Shown in pieces: positions 15,125 to 32,464 of a stretch of DNA of 64,000 bases. The notes below the pieces were generated by a model that ran no database searches, was not told where the DNA came from, and worked only from the letters and a program-made list of their open reading frames with translations. Source of the DNA: the human T2T-CHM13v2.0 reference genome, Homo sapiens. A program made the position numbers and the translations under genes. Each line of letters starts with the position of its first letter. Positions within the stretch are counted from its first letter, which is position 1. The DNA lies in NCBI RefSeq assembly GCF_009914755.1, contig NC_060938.1. The stretch is one strand, 5' to 3'.

Positions 15125-15274
15125 ATTCCTATCACCAGGGGATAGGAACCTTGGGAGCTATCTTAGAAGTCTGTCTACCATAGGTAAGTATAGGATTCTC
15201 TTCGGCAATTTTTAGGAAAGATATATATATATATATAAAGTACTCAATAACTTGAGTTATTAAGTACTCTTAAT

Positions 15275-15595
15275 ACAGCCCCCAAGATTCCTACCCCCTA
15301 GTGAACAAATCTTGTATAATCCCCTCCCCTGAGTGTCAGTAGGACCCGTGGGTAGCCATTCCTTTGGTTACGTGACATTACATAGAAGTCTGCTGTAACA
15401 CACTCAAGTAAGATTCTCCCACTGGCTTTGAAGGAGCAAGCTGCAATGTTGTGAGAGGGCCATGTGGCAAGGGCTTGAGAGCAGCCTGTAGGAAATGAGA
15501 ACAACCCCTGTCCAACAGCCAGCAAGAAAACAGAAACCTGGGTCTTACAACCACAAGCAACGAATTTCTGCCAAAAACCTAGATGAGTGAAATAC
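15275..15595 (+). mobile_element. MaLR LTR fragment (MLT1E/F-like)
   Basis: ggctttgaaggagcaagctgcaatgttgtgagagggccatgtggcaagg...cagccagcaagaaa. Confidence 0.7.
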
Positions 15596-16149
15596 CCTGA
15601 AGGAGTAAAAATGCCTGTTTTTTTTTCCTTGTGTATTAGGAGAACTATTAGTAATTAGTAATTCAGTATTATAAAGCAAAAAGGAGGAATAGTCAGTAAG
15701 GCTAGAAATCTGGCAAGGGGCCAGATCATTGAAAGCCATGAATATCCTGCCAAGAAAATGGGGCTTTATTGTGTAAGTAAAGTGAAGCCATTTATGAATT
15801 GCATGAACTCATGATCACATATATATTTTTAAAATATCACTCTGTCAGCTTTCAAATGATATTTCAGATGTAAAATTACATGCAGGAAGATGTAGGAATT
15901 AAGCATGTTTTCCCAGATGTCTGCCATCAATGAATGGACAGTAAGATAACCAAAATAATAGAAAAAGAACCAGTGGTGGTGAAGGACAATACCTTAATGT
16001 CACATGTGTTGTGCTTAAGGAGGGATACATCTAATTAACAGTTAGACATATGGGTGGGAGCTCCAAATAAACATGTGACCTGAAAATTCAGATTTGAGAA
16101 TCCGTGTAGTTAATGCCACAGAAACAAATGAGATCACTTGAGGGGTGTG

Positions 16150-17670
<1,521 letters not shown>

Positions 17671-17688
17671 CTTTTTTATGATTTTATG

Positions 17689-17989
17689 ATTTTTTTTTTT
17701 TTTGAGACAGAGTCTCACTCTGTTTCCTGGCTGGAGTACAGTGGCATGATTACAGCTCACTACAGCCTTGACTTCCCCAGGCTCAGGTGATCCTCCCACC
17801 ACCTCAGCCTCCCAAGTAGCTGGGACTACAGGTGCATACCATCATACCCAGCTAATTTTTTATGTTTTTGTAGAGATGGCGGTCTTCATATTTTGCTCAG
17901 GCTGGTCTCAAACTCCTGACCTCAAGCGATCCACCCAACTCAGCCTCCCAAAGTGCCGGGATTATAGGCGGGAACCACTGCACGCACCC
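17689..17989 (-). mobile_element. AluJ
   Basis: Diverged antisense dimer. Confidence 0.85.
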
Positions 17990-18676
17990 TAATTATGAAG
18001 TTATAATCCATTCCATTTGACAAAAAACAAAATCACAAATGTCCTTGATAGGCAGATAAAGTCATAGGGTAGTATCATAAAAATTATAACTAAATAAAAT
18101 ATGTAATATAAATAGAAATTAGTATAAGAGTAGATATAAAAGTGACAGAAACATTCTTGCATTGGGGTACAACTACCAATATTTTTCTACAATTCATGTA
18201 TTACTATTAAATAACTAAAATTACTTAAAAATTAACTTTCAAAAATGATATAATAAACAGGATTATAAAAGACTATTATGAGCAATTATATGCCAATAAA
18301 TTTGATAACTTAGAAGAAATAAATTCTTAGAGACATACAACCTACCAAGACTGAATCATTAATAGAAAATCTGAACAGATCTAGAACTAGTAAGAAAATT
18401 AAATCAGTAATCAAAAACCTCCCAACAAAGAAAAGTCCAGGACCAGATAGCTTCAATGGAAAATCCAACTAAACATTTAAAGAAATAATGCCAATCCTTC
18501 TTAACCTCTTCCAAAAATTCAAAGAGGTGAGAATATTTCCAAACTCATTTTATGAGGCCAGCATTATCCTGATACTAAAGTCAAAGATACTGCAAGAAAA
18601 GGAAACTACAGAGCAGTATGAGCAATATCCCTAATGAATATTAAGGCAAAAATCCTCAACAAAAACTACCAAACTG

Positions 18677-18979
<303 letters not shown>

Positions 18980-19482
18980 CTACCAAACTGAATTCAGCAG
19001 CACATTAAAAGGATCACTCATCATGAGCAAGAGGGATTTATGCTTGCAATGCAAGGATGGTTTGACACACAGAAACTAATTAATGTAATACTGTACACCA
19101 AATTGACAGAACAAAGGACAAAAATCACATGGTCATTTCGATTGATGCAGGAAAAGCATTTGAAAATATTCAACACAATTTCATGATAAAAACTCACAAT
19201 AAACTAGGAACAGAAATAAATTACCTCAAGATATTAAACAGCATAAATGAAAAGCCCAGCCAATATCATATTCAATGGTTAAAAAACTGTGAACTTTCCC
19301 TCTAAGACCATGAACAAGTCAAGGATACCCACTCTTGACACTTTTATTCAACATAGAACTGAAAGTCCTAGCCACACCAATTAGGTAAGGAAAACAAATA
19401 AATGCATCAAAATTGGAAAAGAAGAAGTAAAATTATCTCTGTTCACAGGTAATAGGATCTTATATGTGCAAAACCCTAAAGA

Positions 19483-19516
<34 letters not shown>

Positions 19517-20799
19517 ACACCAGAAAACCATAAGAACCATTTTGCAGGATACAAAATCAGCATACAAAAATCAGTTGCATTTCTATACACTAATAATGAG
19601 CAATCCAAAAATAAAATTAAGAAAATAATCCCATTTACAATAGCATTGAAAAAGAATAAAATACTTTGGAATAAATTGAACAGAGGAGGTAAAAGACCCT
19701 TATACTGAAAACTACAAAACATTGCTGAGAGAAAATTTAAAAGACATAAATAAATGGAAAGACATTCTGTGTTCATGGATTAGAAGACTTAATAATATTA
19801 TTAAAATGTCTATACTACCCAAAGCAATCTACAGATTCAATGCAATCCCTATTAAAATCCCAATGGTATTTTTTGCAGAAATAGAAAAAAAATCCTAAAA
19901 TTCATATGGAATCTCAAGGGATTTCAGATAGCCCAGACAATCTTGAGAAAGAAGTACAAAGCTAGAGGCCTCACACTTTCTGATTTCAAAATATATTACA
20001 AAGCTACAGTAATCAAAATAGCCTAGTACTGGCATAAAAACAGACACATAGACCAATGGAACAAAATAGAGAGCCCACAAATAAACCTTCATGTATATGT
20101 TCAAATGATCTTTGACAAGGATGTCAAAACCACTCAGTAAAGAAAGGACAGTCTCTTCAATAGATGGTGCTGGGAAAACTGGATATCCACATGCAAAAGA
20201 ATGAAAATGGACCCTTATCTCACAGCATATACAAAAGTTAACTCATAATGGATTAAATACCTAAACATAAGACCTGAAAGTAAAACTCCTAAAAGAAAAC
20301 ATAGGGGGAAAAGTTTCATGACATTGAAATGGGCAACAATTTCTTGGATATGACAACAAAAGCACAAACAACAAAAGCAAAAATAGACAAACTAAAACTT
20401 CTAATAGAGTAAAAAGACAACTGAATGAGAGAAAATGTCTGCAAAACATATATGAGATAAAGAGTTAACATACAGAACATACAGAGAACCCCCATAATTC
20501 AATAACAAAACAAATAACTCAATTTTTTAAATGGACAAAAGACTTGAATAGACATTTTTCCAAAGAAGATACACAAATGGCCAAGCATATGAGACGATAC
20601 TCAACATCACTAATCATCGGGAAAATAAAACTCGAAACCACCATGAGGTATCATCTCATATCCTTTAAAATGGCCACTATCAAAAAAAAAAAAAGAAAAG
20701 AAAGAAAAGAATGACAAACGTTGGTGAAGATATGAAGAAATGAACCCTTGTGCACTGTTGGTGAGATTGTAAAATGGTGCAGGCACTATGAAAACAGTA

Positions 20800-21122
20800 C
20801 AGTCATCCCTCAGTATCCATAAGGAATCAGTTTCTCTACACCCCTTAAATATACCAAAATCCATAAATGTTCAAGTTCTTTATATAAAAGTCATAGTATT
20901 TGCATATACCTACACGCTCCATCTTGTATACCTTAAAATCATCTCTAGATTATTTATAATATCAAATACAATGTAAATACTATGTAAATAGTTGTTATAC
21001 CATAATTTAATTTTGTATTATTTTTATTGTTATATTTTTATTTTTATTGGGTTTTAATTATTTTTCATCTGCAGTTGGTTTAATCCAAGGATGCAGAATC
21101 CACAGATACAGAGGGCTGAGTA
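20800..21122. mobile_element. MER2 (TcMar-Tigger) nested in L1MB
   Basis: TA|cagtcatccctcagtatcc...gatacagagggctg; inverted termini; L1 sequence resumes on both sides. Confidence 0.85.
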
Positions 21123-24100
21123 TATGGAGGTTCTTCAAAAATTAAAAATGAAACTACCATATGATCCAGCAATCCCACTTCTGGGTATATTTTCAAAAGA
21201 ATGAGAAAAAAGATCTCAGAGAATACCCATGTCCATTGCAGCATTACTCACCATAGCCAAGAGGTGGAAGCAACCTAAACGTCTATCAATGGATGAATGG
21301 ATAAATAAAATGCGGTATATACGTCCAACGGAATATTATTCAGCCTTAAAAAAGAATAAAATCCTGACATACACTACAACATGGATGAACCTTGAGGACA
21401 TTATTCTAAGTGAAATAAGCCAACTGCAAAAACAAATATGGCATAACTCAGTGTATATGTGGTATCTACAGTAATCAAACTCATACGAATGGAAAGTAGA
21501 CTGGTGGCGTCAAGGACTGCGGTCAGGTAGAGGGGAGATGTGAAGTTGTGTGTTCAATGAGTATAGAGTTTCAGTCGTGCAATATGACAAAGTTCCAGAG
21601 ACCTGCTGTACAACAACGTACATCAGCTAATACTGTATTATACACTTTCAAATTGTGATGAGGGTAATCTTACACGGTTTTTACAACAATGGAAAAAAAG
21701 TCTCTAAAATAACCATGTTAGGAAACACTATGCTGCACAATATTGCACACTGCCACATAAGTTCTCTAGAAATAGGAGCTAAATGAATAAATCATAACAG
21801 CATCTTTCTAATTTCCTATATAAAAGAGTAGGTTTAACTTAATTCAAGTGTCTTGACTCTGAGACAGACAGCTAGATGAACAAACAAAAAATAATGTAAA
21901 AATTTCAGAAATTATTAAAAATGTATAAACTTACCCATCTTTTAACATTTTATTAGATATTTGCACTTGAGAATTCAGATTCTCAATTGGGATTCAGATA
22001 AAAGCTTTCCTTCTATCTACAAATATAAACTGAATCCATCATGGAGAAAATCATCAGCATTCTAAAATGTCCTTGGTATTTGCCAACAGGACAATAATTG
22101 AACCATTTTCCCATCTGTGTTCACTGTTGGGAACCTTAATAATACATCTAAAACAACTCCATATCTGGCAGAATCTTACTTAACCTATTTAAGATTGAAA
22201 TTCACTTAAAAATTCTATACTCAAGATTTATTTTCAGTTTGACATGATCAAAATGACACACCTCCCATCGTGAGTATAAGACATAGTTGTGTTATATATC
22301 TACAATTAGGTGTCCAAGTACCCTGTTTACCTAAAAGAAAAAAAAAGCAATAAACACACATACAAAAGCAATCTGCATCTATTTTCATATGCTTAGAAGT
22401 GAACTAATAATACATATAATTGCAATGATCAGACACAATGCCGTTTACAAAAAAGCCTGAATCCTACTTTCCATTTTTATTAGTTTATAAAAAGACTTTG
22501 TAAACATACCAAATTATTTCAGATCCTGAACCCAGAAACCCAGGCTAATTTGCAAAGCATCTTACCAAACACACAAAACCCAACCATGATTAAACCCCAA
22601 GGGCTTGTATATAGAATAATGTCTAAGATAACAGGGGGAATGAGCTTCAGTAGTACTATGAGAGAATAAGAATAAAGCAAGAAACATGAATTCAAAGTCC
22701 TATGAAGTCGGCTACTAATAAGAACCTGTAAGAAGTCAACAAATTTAGGTACCACCTTTTGGGACCTCTCTATCTCATTCCAGTTAACTATACCATCAAA
22801 GGGTATAACCCGTTAGAACAAATTTTGGTCTAAGAGGTGTTTCCTATAAAAGTGTTTGGCGTGACTCAGTTTTTTTAACCTCAAATGTATTATTTAAGAA
22901 CAAAAAACAACCTCAAATACTGATATGGTCAAATGTTTAAAGAAATAAAACATAAAAGTGACCAAACCAGCTGAGGATTCTAACATCTTCCTAATTCCAC
23001 CGGGGTAAGCCTTAGCCACCCGCCAATAGTCTCAAGGAATCTTTCGAGGCTTTGTCTCCTTTTCTGTACTCTGCATTCATTTTCTCTGTTCTGGTCTATG
23101 AAAGTCCACGAATCTGTGCTTCTAGGCCTCACTCTGCCAAGTATTCCTAGGCTGACATCAAGGTTTGAATTCTCAGCTTAGCTTTCCAATTTGGCTCTGA
23201 TCTTCAATTCAGCCTTTCAGATCTTTCTTGGTTTTATGCTACTGGTCATTCCTACCTATTTCAGTGTCTACCGGGGCTTCTGGAGCCTCTGCCTGAATCC
23301 TATATCCAAGTTCCCTAGTTGTCTAGGAAAAAAAAGTTCAAACAAATAAAACGCTTATGCATTATTCTGTGAAAGTGTTGAAGCAAAACCTACTCCAGAC
23401 TTTGATTAACAATTTAATATTCCTTTTGAGTGAACAGTGGTTAGAGCAGGGTCACCTGCATGGCACAACTCTACAAAGTACCATTGACATTGTATTTTAT
23501 AAAACGTGTATTTCAAGGGGCTGTTGTTCCTACAGAATACAATATAAATGATGCCCTTAATTTTTTGCCATGTTATGCTTTCAGGTAAAACCACACTTAA
23601 CTGAAGTCATTATGAAGTTTCCAAAGCTTTGGTTTTTTAATTTCAAAACTAATACTACAGGGGGGTGGAGCCAAGATGGCCAAATAGGAACAGCTCCAGT
23701 CTACAGCTCCCAGAGTGAGCGAGGCAGAAGATGAATGATTTCTCCATTTCCAACTGAGGTACAAGGTTCATCTCACTGGGGATTGTCAAACAGTGGGTGC
23801 AGGACAGTGGGTGCAGCGCACCGAGCGTGACCCGAAGCAGGGTGACGCATCGCATCACCCAGGAAGTGCAAGGGGTCAGGGAATTCCCTTTCCTAGCCAA
23901 GAAAAGGGGTGACAGACGGAACCTGGAAAATTGGGTCACTCCCACCCTAACACTGCGCTTTTCCAACGGTCTTAGCAAATGGCACACAAGGAGATTATAT
24001 CCCGCGCATGAGGGCTCCGAGGGTCCTATGCCCACAGAGCCTCACTCATTGCTAGCACAGCAGTCTGAGATCAAACTGCAAGGTGGCAGCGAGGCTTGAG

Positions 24101-24689
24101 GAGGGGCGCCCGCCATTGCCAAGGCTTGAGTAGGTAAACAAAGCAGATGGGAAGCTCCAACTGGGTGGAGCCCACCACAGCTCAAGGAGGCCTGCCTGCC
24201 TCTGTAGACTCCACCTCTGGGGGCAGGACTTAGCCAAAGAAAAGGCAGCAAAAACCTCTGCAGACTTAAATGTCCCTGTCTGACAGGTTTGAAGAGAGCA
24301 GTGGTTCTCCCAGCACGCAGCTTGAGATCTGAGAACAGACTGCCTCCTCAAGTGGGTCCCTGACCCCCAAGTAGCCTCACTGGGAGGTACCCCCCAGTAG
24401 GGGCAGACTGACACCTCACATGGCCAGGTACTCCTCTGAGACAAAACTTCCAGAGGAACAATCAGGCAGCAACATTTGCTGTTCACCAATATTCGCTGTT
24501 CTGCAGCCTCTGCTGCTGATACCCAGGCAAACAGGGTCTGGAGTGGACCTCCAGCAAACTCCAACAGACCTGCAGCTGAGGGTCCTGACTGTTAGAAGGA
24601 AAACTAACAAACAAAAAGGACATCCACACCAAAACCCCATCTGTATATCACCATCATCAAAGACCAAAGGTAGATAAAAAACCACAAAG

Positions 24690-25701
24690 ATGGGGAAAAA
24701 ACAGAGCAGAAAAACTGGAAACCCTAAAAATCAGGGCACCTCTACTCCTCCAAAGGAACGCAGCTCCTCACCAGCAATGGAACAAAGCTGGACAGAGAAT
24801 GACTTTCATGAGTTGAGAGAAGAAGGCTTCAGACGATCAAACTACTCCGAGCTAAAGAAGGAAGTTCGAACCCATGGCAAAGAAGTTAAAAACCTTGAAA
24901 AAAGATTAGACGAATGGCTAACTAGAATAACCAATGCAGAGAAGTCCTTAAAGGACTTGATGGAGCTGAAAACTATGGCACGAGAACTACGGGACAAATG
25001 CACAAGCCTCAGTAGCTGACTCAATCAACTGGAAGAAAGGGTATCAGTGATGGAAGATCAAATGAATGAAATGAAGCGAGAAGAGAAGTTTAGAGAAAAA
25101 AGAATAAAAAGAACAAAGCATCCAAGAAATATGGGACTACGTGAAAAGACCAAATCTACGTCTGACTGGTATACCTGAAAGTGAGGGGGAGGATGGAACC
25201 AAGTTAGAAAACACTCTGCAGGATATTACCCAGGAGAACTTCCCCAGTCTAGCAAGGCAGGCCAACATTCAGATTCAGGAAATACAGAGAACACCACAAA
25301 CATACTCCTCGAGAAGAACAACTCCAAGACACATAATTGTCAGATTCACCAAAGTTGAAATGAAGGAAAAAATGTTAAGGGCAGCCAGAGAGAAAGGTCG
25401 GGTTACCCACAGAGGGAAGTCCATCAGACTAACAGCTGATCTCTCAGCAGAAACTCTACAAGCCAGAAGAGAGTGGGGGCCAATATTCAACATTCTTAAA
25501 GAAAAGAATTTTCAACCCAGAATTTCATATCCAGCCAAACTAAGCTTCATAAGTGAAGGAGAAATAAAATACTTTACAGACAAGCAAATGCTGAGAGATT
25601 TTGTCACCACCAGGCCTGCCCTAAAAGAGCTCCTGAAGGAAGCAATAAACATGGAAAGGAACAACCGGTACCAGCCACTGCAAAAACATTCCAAATTGTA
25701 A
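24690..25701 (+). pseudogene. Disrupted L1 ORF1p
   Basis: MGKKQSRKTG...; premature TGA; second part ...NRYQPLQKHSKL* is in another frame. Confidence 0.92.
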
Positions 25702-25764
25702 AGACCATCAATGCTAGGAAGAAATTGCATCAACTAACGAGCAAAATAACCAGCTAACATCATA

Positions 25765-29924
<4,160 letters not shown>

Positions 29925-30628
29925 CAAAAGAACACATTGACACAAGAAGGGGAACATCACACACCGGGGCCTGTTGTGGGGTGGGGGCAGCGGGGAGGGA
30001 TAGCATTAGGAGATATACCTAATGTTAAATGACGAGTTAATGGGTGCAGCACACCAACATGGCACATGTATATATATGTAACAAACCTGCACGTTGTGCA
30101 CATGTACCCTAAAACTTAAAGTATAATAAAAAAAACTAATATTACATAATTCCTAGTAAGCATCATAAAGTGAAATAAGATCAGAGAATCTTCCTCCTTA
30201 TTATCTATCAAAGAAAACAAAAAAGAGTTTTGAAATACAGCAAAAAAAAAATTCATGAGCAGAAACTTTAGGAAAGGGCACAACTTCAAGCCAGAATGTT
30301 GTAGCAAAGAAAAAACAGATTTTTAGTAAAGCTAGGTATGAGTCCTAATCTTACCCCCGATGGTGAAGGACAAAATCCTGAGAATTCTTAATAATACTCA
30401 ACTATTCGAAGAGAAGGAAGTGAACCTGGAGGGAAATAGTGAAGAACTATACAGTGAACTGTCCTTTCTCTTTCTCTCTGCTCTATGCTAGAATGGAAGA
30501 TTAAAACATATTCAGAGGGTATTCTCCCAACATGAAAGGAACGAAAGACCTTTAAACTGCTTTCTTTAAAAAAAAAAATTACTTGTAGTCAAAATGCAAC
30601 CACAGAAAAAAGTTACTTAAAGAACTAA

Positions 30629-30755
30629 TGGGTGCAGCACACAAACATGGCACATGTATATATATGTAACAAACCTGCATGTTGTGCACATGTACCCTAA
30701 AACTTAAAGTATAATAATAATAAAAAAATTAAAAAATGGCAGCACATAAAAAAAA
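30629..30755 (+). mobile_element. Very short 5'-truncated L1PA 3' end with an extra non-L1 tail
   Basis: tgggtgcagcacac...aaacttaaagtataataa, then ttaaaaaatggcagcacat and an A tract; flanked by aaagaactaa repeats. Confidence 0.85.
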
Positions 30756-30769
30756 AAGAACTAAGGAAT

Positions 30770-31075
30770 GGCTGGGCGTGGTGGCTCACGCATGTAATCC
30801 CAGCACTTTGGGAGGTCCAGGCGGGCAGATCATGAGGTCAGGAGATCGAGACCATCCTGGCTAAGACAATAAAACCCCATCTCTACTAAAAAATACAAAA
30901 AAATTAGCCAGGTGTGGTGGCAGGTGCCTGTACTCCCAGCTACTCAGGAGGCCTGAGGCAGGAGAATGGCGTGAACCCAGGAGGAGGAGCTTGCAGTGAG
31001 CCGAGATCGCGCCACTGCACTCCAGCCTGGGAAACAGAGCGAGACTCCGTCTCAAGAAATAAAAAAAAAAAAAAA
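30770..31075 (+). mobile_element. AluY
   Basis: gagatcgagaccatcctggctaa, gaatggcgtg, ggagcttgc; TSD aagaactaaggaat. Confidence 0.92.
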
Positions 31076-32313
31076 AGAACTAAGGAATAAAGCCCATAAA
31101 ATTGTGGTGGCAAGCTCTGAATCTATTTAAGTGCAGAAGCAATGCTTTTTAAGAAGAGGGAATTATGGTTACAGAACAGAATATACAGAATATAAATATC
31201 ATAGACCTTGATAATGTTCAAAGAACAAAACGAACACAAATCAGAAGGGCAAGGGAGCTGAGATGGAAATAAACATATGAAGTTAATTTTCTCATCTTTC
31301 ACAGGTAGGAATAAGTCAATACTATCTAAAATGGAAACAAAGTTTTAAAATATAATGATTTTAATTTCTTAATGTCTTTCAAAACCATTTTAAACACTTG
31401 AGACAATATTCCTTAAGGAGCCCTCTACTGATGAAAAACACTTATCAATAGTTCCATAATCCCTCTAGTTTCACATCAGTTTCATTTTCTTCTATTAAAC
31501 TCAAATAACATTAGATATCTTTACTATAAAGTAGTACATACAATATGACATGTCCACTAATCCATTCATTCCCCTAACTCTACACATCCATATGAGTGCA
31601 AAGATCACAAGTGTGGTGGTCATCTAAATTAACTTCTGAGTAGAGGGATTAAGTGACTTCTTAAAACTTTTCCTTCATACTTGGCTGCAATGTTTGGATT
31701 ACTTATAATACACATGCACCACTTTTATATTTTAAAAAAGACATACTGAATGAGAATATCTACTAAAGATTTTACATGTGCTCAACACAACCCTTCAACT
31801 TTTCGGAGAGAACAGTTTGCTGATCACCATCACCTAGTGTCTCTACAACATTCTTTCAGGCTAATGGTAAGGAAACTGGAGCATCAGAAATCCTATGGTT
31901 CTAATATCTACCAACTTTTAAAATAGTGATCAAAGCATTCATAAAAGAGGTCTTTTCTTAGCCATGATGTGGTCTTTGTGATCTGTGAGTGCTCACCAAG
32001 ACCCAGAGTTCATTATTACTACCACAGAATATTTTCACTTACACAATGCTCTATTTGGGTTTCAATGCAATAATATATGAAGGCATTAAAATGTCATTTA
32101 ATGAACAGTCTATCTTCTATTCTACCTTTAATAAAGAATTATTCCTAAATCCCTCAAAATGAAAAAAAGGGAAAAGCTATAACTGTCATTCATCTAGTAA
32201 AACATGCATCTATAAATCAAAACTTAACAAATTTTATGTTAAAATAAGACACATACCTTTTGCAATTATACAGGCAGTAGAAAGCAAATAAAAATATAAA
32301 ATAAGACACATAC

Positions 32314-32464
32314 CAACAGAGGTGCTTTCATTGTCTTAATAAACAGGTGAATGTTCAGTGTAGTCAATGGCTGTTCCATTAGTGTTCTTCTACATTGCTG
32401 GGTCAAGTCCAAGACTAGTTTACAATGAAAAAAGTAGAGATGTGCATATTCCACATCCTCAGAG
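32314..32464 (-). CDS. TXNDC16: TXNDC16 coding exon (~exon 9), [50 protein letters not shown], 151 nt, phase 2-0
   Basis: ttgtAG|CTCTGAG...CTGTTG|GTATGT; overlaps ORF-track 32266..32454. Confidence 0.96.

Noticed and set aside
23655-24035. 126-aa antisense ORF in the L1 5'UTR
   Set aside because: Non-ATG start; it is the distal part of ORF0, cut off from its ATG by a stop.
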